63,160 bases of DNA, filler included, from Choristocarpus tenellus KU-1152 (GCA_964200185.2; 11 parts of 11 records of this genome joined end to end with filler, not necessarily neighbours in it), one strand, 5' to 3'; shown: positions 14,452 to 27,496, numbered from the whole stretch's first letter. Notes: generated by a model not told the origin, from the sequence alone. Numbers and translations: made by a program.

Positions 14452-14548
14452 TTGTGTGACCTGATTGGACATGATACTACATTATAGGTTATTGTGTGAT
14501 CTTACTGGACATGATACCACATTATATTTTACTGTGTAATCTGATTGG
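14452..14548. repeat. 40-bp tandem repeat, about 2.4 units
   Basis: TTGTGTGACCTGATTGGACATGATACTACATTATAGGTTA / TTGTGTGATCTTACTGGACATGATACCACATTATATTTTA / CTGTGTAATCTGATTGG. Confidence 0.75.
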
Positions 14549-15109
14549 TAAGTATGCCTGAATGCTACTGTGCTGGACCGAGTTTCCAGGCCTAGCTCAT
14601 TGGTACTTGGGGTCACCAAACAACAGGAGCATGTAGGCTCGTTTCTTTTTTCAATCTCGACACCAGATGGCACATCTCGACCCATCTCTTCATCCACATC
14701 TTCCACCCGCTCTTCGCGATTCTCCCCTGTATCCCCCTCAATCCCTAACACTCAGGGGATGACATCCTCAGTCCCGGGGGGNNNNNNNNNNNNNNNNNNN
14801 NNNNNNNNNNNNNNNNNNNNNNNNNTTAATTAATTAANNNNNNNNNNNNNNNNNNNNNNNNNNNNNNNNNNNNNNNNNNNNCCCCCCCCCCTCCTCCTCT
14901 TTTCCTCCCCCCCTCCTAATTTCTCCCCCCACTTTTTTTCCCCCCCCCCCCCCCCCCCCCCCCCCCAAGAAAATGACGAAAACCTGCCACCATATAGTGC
15001 ATTTATTTTGCCTGTCCTGCATACTGTTCAGACTGATGCTTGAACAGAGCAAGCATTTATTTATGTTTTTTCTACTCTTGAGATGTGTGGCAAGATGGAA
15101 AAGATAGAG

Positions 15110-15127
15110 GTGCACACACACACACAC

Positions 15128-15167
<40 letters not shown>
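15110..15167. repeat. (CA)n(TG)n fold-back microsatellite
   Basis: Directly visible. Confidence 0.95.
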
Positions 15168-15357
15168 ATTTAATAAGGAGGGAAGAGGGAGGATGTGACT
15201 TGTTGGTCTATTGTGTTTCTACAGTTCACAAGTCGGATCTCTTTTTTTCTATGATTCCCCAACCTTGACCCTAGTCCCCACCCATCCTCCCTATATCTTG
15301 TGTCAAGAACACGGTTTATTCTCTTTTGTGAGAGGTTACACAAGAGAATAGTCAGTT

Positions 15358-15551
15358 GATGAACTAGAGAAAGGAAGAGATCTGAGATAAGATGAACTAG
15401 AGAAAGGAACAGTTCTGAGATAAGATGAACTAGGGAAAGGAAGAGATCTGAGATAAGATGAGCTAGAGAAGGGAATAGTTCTGAGATAAGATGAACCAGG
15501 GAAAGGAACAGTTCTGAAATAAGATGAACCAGAGAAAGCAATAGTTCTGAA
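15358..15551. repeat. 33-bp minisatellite, about 6 units
   Basis: Units of GATGAACTAGAGAAAGGAAGAGATCTGAGATAA start at 15358, 15391, 15424, 15457, 15490 and 15523. Confidence 0.95.
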
Positions 15552-15642
15552 AAGGAAGGAGGTGTGGAAAAGAGGAGGGAGAAGAGAAACGACACCTGAA
15601 ATCCAGCCTCTTGCATCTCATCTCGCATGAATATGTCAATAG

Positions 15643-17974
15643 ACGAATCATCTCGACCAGATTGGAGAAGGCAGGCTCGACTTTACAACTGGCGGTCTCT
15701 ATGGCATCATCTATGACGTCAGTCCTCCTGTTTCCTAGTTTGTGATCATATATGTGTGTATATTGATCTGTCTGTGCTTATTGAATATATGTATTTTTAA
15801 TGTGTGTGTGTGTGTGTGTATCCTCAGGAGCGGTTGAGGAGGATGCTGGATCAAGCAGAGGCAGAGGAAAGGACGCGGGTGAGTCAGTCTGGGTAGATAA
15901 TGGTAGACTATTGATCTATTTACAGCTGAAGTACCAATTGAGAATGTAAGCAGCTATGTTGCTGCAAATAGATAGATTCAGAGCTAGGGAACTTTTTGTA
16001 TGGACTGGCAGTATATCCATTTCTAACAAGCTGGACATAAAGGTGATGTGTGTTGTACTACTACATCGTGCGATGTGCAACTTGCAAAATATTTGTCCCC
16101 TTTGAATCAAATCAAATCCAGTTAAGACTGATGAAAGGTTCTTCTACTATGAGATTGTATCTTCAATCCTTTGGTCATAGCCCTGGAGTTCAGATCAAAG
16201 CTAATAGGTGCGTGTTACCCTCCTTTGATACAGAGGGAATATATGCAGGAAGTGAGGGGGTGGGTTAGATTGAGCTAGAAGGATCAGTGCTGCAGTTTTC
16301 AATCAGACATTTTTGGCGTTCTCTGCAGTGACTACCCTAATGTGGTAACTAACTACATCGAAAAATTACTGGTTTGGTTCCCGTGTTTGTTAAGGGTCGA
16401 ATGTCTAGCAACTAGGATTATAAATTATATATCTAGACAATGAGATTGTGTGGAGACATGCTGCATCATTGAAGTTGCAAGCATGGTAGTCATTCTTGCA
16501 TGTACTACTGATGCAGGGTTGACGGTGAACTGGATCGTCTTTTGCAGTGGTAGAATGTTCAGATTGGCTGCGGTAAGTGGTAAAGGACACTTTAGAAGCT
16601 TGACACGAGAGACATGAATTGCTTCACCCAATATCTAAATGGCGGGGGAGGCCTCACTCTGTTTTCAGTTAAGTTCTTATCAAGGAAAGGGGGGGTTACA
16701 AGCATGAAACAAACACTGAGGAACCATGGCCTGATCAGAGCCAGAAGAAATGAGTTCACTAAGGGCGGATAGTTCACTAAGGGCGGATATGTACAAGATC
16801 GAATGAGCTCCAGCTACACCCTGAATCCCCTTTCCCGGGTCATTGAACCTCATGCATTACATGCAGGGGTGGTAATCGTGTGAATTGTCAACAAGTGGAT
16901 GTACGTGAAGAAGCAAGTACTTTGTACTTCGAAAGCATACAATAAAGATATCATCGGCATGTGAATTTCTTGTGCTCCCCTCATTGATTTGACATTGTCC
17001 CCTGCTTGCATCTAAAGTTAAACTCCTTTTTTAAAATTGTTTTCTCAAAAGGAAGTAATGTCTTCTTACATTACTTAGGTGGGCACTTCATATTCTTAAA
17101 ATTGTGGGTGTCCGTAATATCACGACTGTCAATCATTGTGGTAAAATGCTTTTGGGGCTGAGCTGAAGCAAACGACAGGCACCCAGGTTTTGGCAGTTTT
17201 ACATTTTAAGCCAGTTTATTAATCTTTGCCAATTCTCCACATATTTTCGTGGAATAAAGTGTTATGCTTGACTTGAGAACGTTGATTTCTTTAGTGCTTG
17301 AAAAATATCGATGCAATTCAGAAAATATCCTGCCTACATTTGAAAAAATTGACGAAAATTGAGCATGTTTGTCAGCATCCTTAAAACGCAACTCTGAGTA
17401 CCTCTTGTTTAAATTGACTCATTCACATTCTTTCAAACAGATATCCCCATCCCTTTATAACCTTCCCCTCACCTACTCCATGTCGACCCTCCCCCCCCCA
17501 CATACACACACCCTGTACTCTTTACTTACACACACGCTCATTCTGCCTTTTTTGTCTTGCAAAAACACACTGCTGCGTAGAGGTTAGTGAGAGACTTTTC
17601 GTTCTTACTATGTATAATATCACAAGGGTGAAACGAGGGGTGCAAGGACAGATAGTAGTACCTCTGGCCATGTGTTGATACACCAATGTTGCCTTTGCTT
17701 CTTTCTACAAAAATAATTACATGCACTAAAAGTAGTAGTCACGGATAAAATAATTTCTATTGCCCTCCCCTTATGCTCCTTCACCCCTCCTCAAAACTAC
17801 CAACTTCCCCCCAATGTGAAATAGTGTCAAGATGAGCAGGACGATCGCATGCATCAGCTTGAGGAACAGCGAAGGGAGCTTAGAAACCGCCAGATCAGAG
17901 GGCGGCAGGATAGATTTGGGGTCATTGATCACACCACTGGCTTGTACGCCGGTTTCGGGAAGTCCTGCCGTTGA
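15643..17974 (+). CDS. 3' exons of an unidentified charged/coiled-coil protein (15643-15717, 15828-15878, 17825-17974)
   Basis: Phase-0 AG/GT exons: TNHLDQIGEGRLDFTTGGLYGIIYD | ERLRRMLDQAEAEERTR | CQDEQDDRMHQLEEQRRELRNRQIRGRQDRFGVIDHTTGLYAGFGKSCR*. Intervening exons may have been missed. Confidence 0.5.
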
Positions 17975-18236
17975 GCGGACACAAGCACTCCCAAAACAGT
18001 GAAAATAATTGTTTGTTACAAAGTTCACTACTGGAGCATTTGGATTTGATCAAGGGGGGAGGGGGGTGGTTGGGCAGGCTCAGAGGCTCAAAGTACCTGG
18101 GGGGGATGGCGGCTGTCCATTTGGGGCCCACTTTTTNNNNNNNNNNNNNNNNNNNNNNNNNNNNNNNNNNNNNNNNNNNNTTAATTAATTAANNNNNNNN
18201 NNNNNNNNNNNNNNNNNNNNNNNNNNNNNNNNNNNN

Positions 18237-20928
18237 GGGAGATTTGCGGCACTAAAAAATGTCCTGTCTAATTCTTCCACTCCCCCCCCGCCTGCTGAAG
18301 ACCCATCCTTGCAAGTGATAGGAGGAGGTGCTGGTGCAAGTGCAAGCAGTGTTGTATGTGGGGGCAGTGAAGATGCAAACCAGGCGGCCATACTGCTGAG
18401 ACAAGGTGGAGGGAGGATGATGGGGTCTGTACCTGCCCGAGGGTATTGCTATCGAGCTGGGGAGCCAGTGATGCTGGTGGACTCCTCTGCAGGAGTGGAA
18501 CTCAGGAACTCGCTTGGTTGGACCACCGTTTTGGCATGGCCAACAGGGCTGGGCAATGACTTGAGGGAGGGAGATAGTGGGCCAGTTGGGACGAGGATGA
18601 AGTTAAAGACAACAGCATGGAGGTCACTGGAGATGTCGAAACTTGTGGGGGGATGGCATGAGGACACAAGACCGTTTGATGATTCTGTGATGGGGTAAGT
18701 GGAACAGGCAATTCGTTTGGAGAGCTTGATGCCAAAGCTCCAATCAAGGAGGTTTTTCCCATATCGTTGCTCTGCATGTGTTGACTGTGATGCTGCTGAC
18801 GGTCTAAAGTAGGAGCTGATTTTATTGTGTGTGAGTGTAAACACACAAGGTGTCAAGAATGTGAGTGAAATCAGGGCACTGGGGATTTAGTTCTGTGCTA
18901 GTTTTTATTTGCACTGTGGAATGTAATGTTGATGCAGGTCACTACTCTTTTGGGGGTAGGTCAATGGTGTTCAGGAATGATGAAGGGGGAGAGTTGCTCA
19001 ACTTTAAGTCACTCCATCCCTGTTGCTCCCATAACAAATGTGGGTTGGACCCGCCTACTCTGTCTTTGCTATCATATGACTCTGGTGTAAGTCCCTACTA
19101 TTGAAGGAATAACCTCAAATAGAAGAAATTTCGTCCGTCTTTGGTTTGGGTTAACGTCTGATTTTGTGACCCAATGTAGAAGATAAACCTTCATGATGTG
19201 GAGTAACCTTTTCTAGGTGTAGTTTTCATTTTGATTTGAGTTAAGAAAGGAGAGGGGTAGGTCTTGCCAGTTTTTATCTCGGTTGCAGTAGGTGATCACA
19301 AGGAGAGTTATGCAAACGCAAGTATACCCTGCTTAGAAGCAACAGCACCTTCCCACAAACTATTGCTTGATGTTCAAAACTGTCCTCTTTTGCCCCACCC
19401 TGGCTTGTCCCCATTCCTGTTGTGACACCAGATACCCTGCCTTTGCCACAGGTAGCAGACACTTCCCTGTGTCCCCCACACCTGCTGATGATCATAACCC
19501 TTGTGCAGGGGCCATGCTCCCACTAGCCCGGGTTCGGGGGGTAATTGTCTGGGGTGGAGACTTTATCAATGGTGTACAGGTTATCTATGAGGTACCAGGA
19601 CTGGTCCAGGAGGGGATAGGGAATGGCAGTTGTAGCGGCGTTGTCACACTCCATGGCCCTGTGCACAAGGGAGACCATGGCGATTATGGTCAATCCATTC
19701 TGTCCCTTGATGTCGAGAGTGGAGAGGTGGGTTCATGTGAAGGGCATAGAGGTTGTGATGTATTGGGTTGTGGGTGTAAGAAGTTTGTTTCTCAGAGCGG
19801 TGAGGTTGCTCAAGAGGTGATGACTGGATGAGTTTATGAGGTGGGTTGCCTCAACTGGTAAGAAACAGTAGCTTACGTTATGGTAGGGGAGTAAGGTGCA
19901 GTGTTTGCATGCCATTTTGAGGGTACACTATTATCTTCTCCTCATTCAGTGTACTTCATGTGAGTAATATGTTTGGTGGTGCATGTGGTCCTCCTTACCC
20001 CCAGTCGCTTTCTCTTTGTTTCTTTGGTTAGGTAATGATCGGTTCTCTTGCTTTGCTTTGACACCATTTGGGTACTAGAACATCTGACACAATCTTTTTT
20101 GCCCCTTAATGAGGATAAACCCCCTCTTTCCTCCACACCAACACCGACTCCCCTTCTCCTCTCCTCAAGGTGGTGACAGAAGTAGCTATCAGGGGCGGAG
20201 CAATTATCGACCATCTTCGCATCAAAACCAGTCGGGGCCAGGAAAAGCGGTGGGGTGGTGGAGGGGGTGGGACAGAGGTTGTATGGCCGGTGCCAGCAAA
20301 CCAAGCATTTATTGGCTTTCATGGTGGAGTTGGTGGGCATATGCATAGCCTAGGAATTGCCACGATAGTAGCAGGAGGAGAGGAGAGTGCACTAGCAAAT
20401 GTAATGCTCTCAGAGTCTGTTCTCCGAATGCTCTATAGCACTGACAAGGTAAAGAGGGCAGTGGCTCAACTCCTTGCTCTCCAGGAGACACACGAACCTC
20501 TTGCCACTTCCCTTGGCACATGTGATAGGACTGAAATGGAAGTAGAGATGGGGGGGGCAAAGTCTACTGCTGCTGAAGAGGATGCTTTGACTCTGTGTAG
20601 GCTTGCCTGCAAAGTTGCAGTTCGTACTGCTAGAATTTATGTGGCCAAGTTGCTGGCTTCCCCATCAGACCCCCTTCTATCTCGCATCCGCCTTGGCAAC
20701 AACTTCTTCGACAGGAAGATAGGCTGCCTGTTGGGTGGGGGTGGTCTAATGCGGGCCCTGGGGTTCGAGGCTATTAGTGAGGGGGGACAGGTATTTTATG
20801 TTCACCAGAAGGATGGATCAGAGAAACAGGACCAGAGAGGGCATAAGGATTTGGAGCAGGGTGACGGATGGATTAAGACTTTAAGGGAGGCCCGTGATTC
20901 ACTAGATTCAATACTGCTTGAAATGTAG
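18237..20928 (+). CDS. Jacalin-like lectin + PUB domain protein, 5'-partial (exons <18237-18694, 19432-19726, 20170-20928)
   Basis: Jacalin beta-prism motifs VGGW...FDD, VIVWGGDFINGVQVIY, VTEVAIRGGAIIDHLRIKTS, WGGGGG, FIGFHGGVGGHMHSLG. PUB motif YVAKLLASPSDPLLSRIRLGNNFFDRKI...LMRALGF. Splice phases (2, 0) are compatible. Confidence 0.85.
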
Positions 20929-21229
20929 TGCAGCGGATACGACCTCTAGATGTTCTCGATATTGCTGGAAAGGCTTCAGGCGACAAATGATAACTCTTTG
21001 CCCATTATGTGCCAGTTTTGTCCCTAGGATTTGACCCTCCAAACCCTTTACATGTGATCGCTGATTATGTATACAGAGTTTTTCTCGCCTCTCCCTCTGG
21101 CTATACCCAGGTACTGCCAAGTCCATCTTTCTTTACAGATCTACGTATGGAACTAACTACAACATGCAATAGTCGCAGTATAGATGTGTTCATTATCGCA
21201 CGTCCCTGACTCCCCTTCCATTTAGCTAC

Positions 21230-21720
21230 GTGGCAATCATTCGTAGTTATGTCAACACCTTTTTCATCTTGAAAGAGAATGTTCGGAATGATATACTTAT
21301 TGAGTTTAATGAGCTTAATGTTGAATTTGGAAGAGGTCGCCTTTTGCCTGGTGGTCTTACGTACCCACTGGAGTTTCTAGTGCAGTTGTGTGTTCTGGGT
21401 CAGCAGGGTATATTCTTGATGGATGGTTATCACCTGTTGTAGAGCATTGACTGCATTTGATTTGGTGCTAAATATTGAGTGGTGACATCTTGGATATTCA
21501 AAGCTGAGACCAACTGCCTGCCCTATGGACTGGGGTAATTCTTGTCCTTTTGACTTCCTGACTTTTTTTATTTTTGAGGTATCATCAATGACAGATACAT
21601 TCAAAAGAATGAAACTAGTTAGATGACCACACAGCATGCTTTTAACTATCAATCCAGGTTATTTAATCGAACAACAAAGGAAAGCTATCTCCTCTATCAG
21701 CACAGTCATGAGCAAGCTTT
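21230..21720 (-). mobile_element. Highly decayed Ty3/gypsy RT-RNase H remnant
   Basis: IEEIAFLCCSIK*PGL (cf. EVxFLGHxIsxxGI) and ITIHQEYTLLTQ...KLQW...SKFNIKL...IIPNIL (RNase H end). Weak match. Confidence 0.4.
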
Positions 21721-23619
21721 TGGTAATCAATACACTACTCTACTCACGTGAACTAGTCACCCACTTTCCATGCCAGGCATAAGCTCAGCATCGAATGGGT
21801 TTAACTGAGCAACACCACAATGCACTACTCGATCTTGTCAAGGACTAGACCAGATTGTGGAGAATCGTATTAGTTTTAGTTAAGTAATTGTAAAGATCGT
21901 TACCATTTAGTGTCATTGCTGGAGATATCTTGAAGAAACCCTACTGAACTGGGCTAATAGTCCTTCACAAGTGACGCTGGAAACATGGTACAAAAAAAAG
22001 GACGTAAATGTCGTTGCCCATGATACGTGGAGGTGTACAAGGTGTTTGGACCAGATTTGTCCAAGAAGGTTAAGGGCAAGACAGAACAGTGGTCTTCGTG
22101 TTTGACTATTCTCAATCAATAGAGGTGAAGTAGTCCTAGAGATTGTTGTAATGTGTATAGTTTCATTTTTGGTTACACCTCAGAAACCGAGCAAACTTGA
22201 AAAACATCAAACGTGAATAACTAGAACACTGTGCAAAACATCCCCAAAATGCCAAAGCAATGTCGGAACATGTCCTCCTCATCGATACAAAACATTGCCA
22301 CACCAACCCTGACCACAACTACAGCACAACAAGGATGAAATGATGGCAAAGAGAAGTTTAAAAGTAATTATCCTCTTTTGTGAAACATAGTTAACAAAAC
22401 TAAGGATCCAAAACTGGCAAAAATCATACACACACACACATTGCCTCTACATGACAATGGGCATACCTTTGCTGTTGCCAGACAAGATCAGATCTCATTC
22501 AAAGCAGTCTCCGAAATCTTGGTAGTTCTAGGCATGAAATTAGGGTCTAGTAGTGTAACAAGTTTTGCATGACTGTCACCCCATGCATCAACACCACGGC
22601 AAAAAGAGCACTCTGTACAGTGAATGGTTCCTACTACTCCCTGACAAAAGAATGACCTGTTCCAGGCAGACCTCTGCATCCTCAATATCTACATGACAAA
22701 GGTTCCCTGATGTAGTCTTGTCATACCCTCACATAGCAGCATCACAATGAGGATCTACAGCCATCCACAATTTTCAGTGTTCAACACCATATCTCTACTA
22801 TGCCTCCAACACATATGCCAACTCTGGGCATCCAGAACATATCCACAAAACCTCCAGATCTCATACTTCATTGGGTTCTAAAACGAGAGAGAAGTCTGCT
22901 GTTTCAGGAAAAATGGCAAGAGGTAATGTGCCCTCCCTCCTTCAACGCACACATCACTCTTCCATATATTAAACAATGCCATTGACACCTAAACTAGGAA
23001 TGTGTACTGAAAATTCCTACATCTCAACCCCTCTGCAAAAAATCATCCAGTTGACTCTTCAATCAATGGTCATGCATTGTTCTTGCCCAGATTCGGGGCA
23101 CCTCAAACTTGCCATGAATACACATTAGTCATACATTCCCCCATCTACTTCTCCCCCCCACAGCTCTCAATCCGTTACATCATGGGACTTAATGCACCAT
23201 GACATACCCTGACTGAAGTATCCCTGGAATCTGAATAAATATGTCAAACATGCTGATAAGCATCACATTATCAGGATCTATAATGAGATACTTCAATAAT
23301 ATAAAGAGGACAAAACAAGACGGCGTCAAGACACTCCTGGGCATCAATACACAACATGTAGGTGTACGTATATATATTTGTCAAATTTGAGTTAGTATCT
23401 CTCCCACAAAAAACACCACATTTCACCCGAGAAAAAAAAAGTGTATGAAAAAAATACTGTGTGTTTTGTAGCACTTTGATAAAAGTTTGTCGTCAACAAG
23501 CACCGGACTGTGCTAAACATGGTTGTAAAAAGCATGGTGTGTCTGTCCGACTATAATAGTACAGTCCACATCCCCCCAGCATCCATGCCCTCCGCCCTTG
23601 CCCCATATCACCGTTCTCA

Positions 23620-24717
23620 TTAAACCAGGGCCTGCTGCAGTTCATCATTTTGCTGTCTCGCCCTTACTCTATTGCAGTTTGCAAAAAAAGAAGTGTGACA
23701 GTATGGGGGTAATGGCAACATTGCAATAGACGGATAGTTAAGTGTTGAGCATAAAAAATGCACAACAATGAAAGGTAGAAAGATGGCCATTGGTAGAGAT
23801 GGAGGGAGACCAGAGTGCCAAGGAAGTGGGGGACCTACGAACATTAGAGTAACGCGAATATCACGGTGGAACACTAACTCTCGCATGTCAGCACCATCAG
23901 TTAGGGAGTTTGGGTATGTGGTGGTGAGATGTAAGGCTCAGGAAGTAAGTCTCCCACTACTTGTGGTTATGAAACGACCGAAATAATTTTTTTTTCTCAA
24001 TCTACTCGAACCCTCACACTGCTAGGACCAAAGGGTGGATGGGGGGTGACAGAGGTTGGTGCGACTTGGCACTGGAATCCACAGAAGAGCTCGAAAGGAT
24101 ACATCTTCTAGAACGAGATACCTTATCAGAGAACTATCATTCGAAGTTGCGTGAAAGAAATTGCAAGAATTGGAGAGGTGATGCACTCTTTTCTTCAAGA
24201 AAACTTTCAAATGTTTCGATGACGGAAGAGCAAGAACCTCAAAACATGGCCTATGTGGTCACAGTATGCTCCAATATGTTGAGCAACTGCAAGTGAATGA
24301 CTTCAGGAGAAGAATTCGTCTTGAAATAGATTCCCCATTCAAAAGGCAAATCAGCTGAAGCAAAATCTCTTTTACACTAGCAACCTTCAAGCCCTCTCTC
24401 ACCGATACACGTAGACCCCACCAGCAACAAACACCAAAGCAGCTCCCACCGCTGCCACTGTGTACTCAGTTGATGCGGAGCTCGAACTCGATCCTGAATC
24501 TGAGCCAGCGGAGGGGCTTGGGGTTCCGGGGAACTCTGTCGGAGTGGATAATGATGGGGCAGGAGATAGGGATGAAATCGAGGATGACGTTGGGGACGAG
24601 GTTGGAGATGAAGTTGGGGAAGATGTTGGGAACGATGTCCTGCTGAAAGATGTTGGCGACATTGTTCCTCCACCGCGTGGAATAGGAGATGGAGTAATGG
24701 TCTGTGATTGGATTGAC
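23620..24717 (-). CDS. S/T/P-rich (SPTS repeat) single-pass membrane protein, last two exons (24403-24717 and 23620-23668)
   Basis: Spliced: SIQSQTITPSPIPRGGGTMSPTS...SSPTSSPTSSPTSS...YTVAAVGAALVFVAGGVYVYR|VRARQQNDELQQALV*; hydrophobic helix followed by basic residues; phase-2 intron fits exactly. Confidence 0.8.
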
Positions 24718-25380
24718 CTGTGTATGGGGGAAGGCTATTACGTTAGTTGCGTGACGGGCTTTTGGTGACGGGAGTGTATACATTGAATCGTTATCAGTAC
24801 TTACCAACCTCTGGGCACAACGATTTTCATTCTCTACACTCAGGTTCGTGTGTCATATCCCATGGCCTTGGCATGGACTAACTCTGCCTTGGGTATTTGC
24901 CTGCACCCTGGACAGTACTCTATACGCACCAAGATATAAGCATCCCCAAAAGCATCGTGAGTAGCCCTTTCTTCCAATAGGCTCCACGCGACTGCATTTT
25001 GGATGAACGAACTGGGACAACTGCAAAACGACCTTTCACACCCACCTATTGCGGGGAATGACTTGCCCTCAACTTAATGACAAATTTCGACAATGGGCAG
25101 TGAGTGCTATGTAGCCTGTTTGTGTAGTTGTAGTGAGATGGAATCACTTAGTATATTTCACAGGTGTTCGACTTCTTTCCACAACCTTTCACCAGCCCAT
25201 TACAACTGTATTTCTAGCATATTAGCGAGTGTCCTTTACCTGCCGAAAATTCCCGAAATGTTCAAGAACCAATGGTAAAGCGTGATTATTGTGTGATCAA
25301 TAGTAGATCCTTTGCTGTCAAGATGTTTATCTCCTTCTACCAACCACGGATACAGATGCGACACCTACCAATAATAGTAA

Positions 25381-25730
25381 TAGTATTCATTGGTTTTCCC
25401 CCTTACATAAATGCAAAACGTCAGAGGGCATAATAACAGAAATATACACAATACTTTGTTCCTCTTCTAACCATAAACATATTCTACTTTGAACAACTCC
25501 TGCTATTTGCACAGGTTCTTTTTAAGGACATGGTATATATTATTATGCCCTCTGACATTTTGCAGATGTGTCAGGGGAAACCAATGAAAACTATATATAT
25601 AGGACATGGTATTGTAATAGTTGATTGAGGTCTTGATATGATAATTACACATCTGCAAAATGTCAGAGGGCATTATAATAAAATAATACCATACTGAATT
25701 GTCATTTTCCTGACACGTCTCCAAAATGCC
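25381..25730. mobile_element. Cluster of 3-4 extreme 3' ends of the RLE/CRE-like LINE (25381-25437 +, 25539-25593 -, 25647-25688 +, 25706-25730 degenerate)
   Basis: TTTTCATTGGTTTCCCCTGACACATCTGCAAAATGTCAGAGGGCATAATAA motif, shared with the ends of longer copies. Confidence 0.75.
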
Positions 25731-26149
25731 AATACTTTTTAATAGTAAAATATAAAATAGATGATAGAAAAAAGTCTCACATTTTTTATTATTTTATATC
25801 AATTGCTACTCCTTACAAGAAACAATATACATGATTTCATTGAAATTTAGTGAGGTAGATTAGGATCGTTCGAACTATTATATTCCTTAATTTATTGTAT
25901 GCGTTGTATTTTCTGTAACAAAAAAAATTATATGTGTGAAAATCTTCTAAACTCTCAGACCACAAGCAGTTGAAATGGGTTCGTCAACCAACGTGCACAC
26001 ACCCATTATCAAAGGTGGTGAGCTGAAAGAAAAGATGTACAACAAGATCAAGGTGATGTTGGGATGACCAACAGAATTTCAACACTTGGTACAAAGTGAA
26101 AGTAAACTAGAGTTGCCCCGAGTTGCATCTATAATAATGTTGAAAAATA

Positions 26150-26468
26150 CAGTACCTACCCCGATTTTGGGCCGGATATTATGAACCAAATCGAAAAATA
26201 TGCCAGTTTCTATCGCTTTTTTCGATATGCTCAAAAAAATAGGTTTCTGTACCGGAATTCTCGTATTCGGGCGATTTGGCGCAAAATCCCAGAGATATTC
26301 ACGCGCGATGCTACCATACAGCAGTACAGTACGTTGCTGGTCGGGGAATAAAGTGGAAGCCATGCCTTTTGCCGCGGAAACCTCTGCAAGATGCCTTCAA
26401 ACACACCAGGTCCGCCTTCTACACAATCCACAAGTGCTGTAAGTGCGGTGGGTACCTCCATGGTATAT
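26150..26468 (+). mobile_element. Possible left end of a TA-targeting DNA transposon (pogo/Tc1-like), cut by a gap
   Basis: TA|CAGTACCTACCCCG start, CpG-rich relative to its flank, then the Cys/His motif HKCCKCGGYLHGI. The other end is not seen. Confidence 0.35.
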
Positions 26469-27496
26469 NNNNNNNNNNNNNNNNNNNNNNNNNNNNNNNN
26501 NNNNNNNNNNNNTTAATTAATTAANNNNNNNNNNNNNNNNNNNNNNNNNNNNNNNNNNNNNNNNNNNNAAATCGCGGCGACAGTGGTGGGGGGGGGGGGG
26601 GGGGGGGGGGGGGGGTTCGGGTTTTTGATGGTGGACTCTGCTGTAGATCTAGAGTGCTTTTGCTGAGACCTGTAGCTGTTGAGGGGAAGGCGTTGTGGTA
26701 AGAGGTGCGTGCAGTTGGGAGGTTTTTGTAGTGATTACAAGAGGTTGAAGAGATGTGAAGGGAGAATTTATTAGATCACTTATTATTATCACTATTTTTT
26801 ATTTCAATATCTCTCCCTTACCCTAACCAGTACATACTGAAGGCTACACCGATTATATATCTTTGTTTGGTGGATGGATGGATGGATGGATGGACCTACT
26901 TGTGTGTGCATGTATGGATTGGTGGGTGGGTGTGTTGTCCTCTAGTGTACTGTTTGGAAATAAGCTGAAGTTTGAGCAATGCAACCCATGCATGCCATTG
27001 TGTACATGTCTGGTAGTTGACAAGGGTTGTCTTGGTGGAGGGGTGAGATTGAGCTGTCCAATGCTATGTGTAGGATAACTACAACATACTGAAGTATTGT
27101 TGGTTTGTTGTTGGTTGAGCATTACACAAGTCCACCTCCCTTCCGAGACATAAAATTTCGTGTCTACTACTTTTTATTTTATTTTATAAGGACAAACGCA
27201 CCCCTGTAGAATCAAAGTGTGATGAGTGTGTGTGTGTGTGTGTGTTTGTATCATGTGTTTTTTAAATGTGCCGCAGAGTTGATCTGTGGAGTGTGTATAC
27301 GGGATGTGCTGCTTATTGAGCAATCCAACTGGTAGGTGATTAGATGGCTTGAAATACATTGTTTTTTTAAGAATTACTTTCATTTTTGGTAGGGGAACTA
27401 GGCCCCTCAATATTTTCTGGATTTAAGAAATTAGTATCGTCTCCTTATCATGATACAAACACATTTACCTTCCAATACCATTGCATATATTACCAG

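Noticed and set aside
15110-15167. (CA)n(TG)n hairpin as a functional element
   Set aside because: Simple-repeat fold-backs arise readily by slippage or misassembly; nothing further supports a function.
22740-22985. Possible DIRS tyrosine-recombinase N-terminus (LQPSTI...HITLPYI)
   Set aside because: Similarity too weak; no catalytic R-H-R-Y motifs seen.
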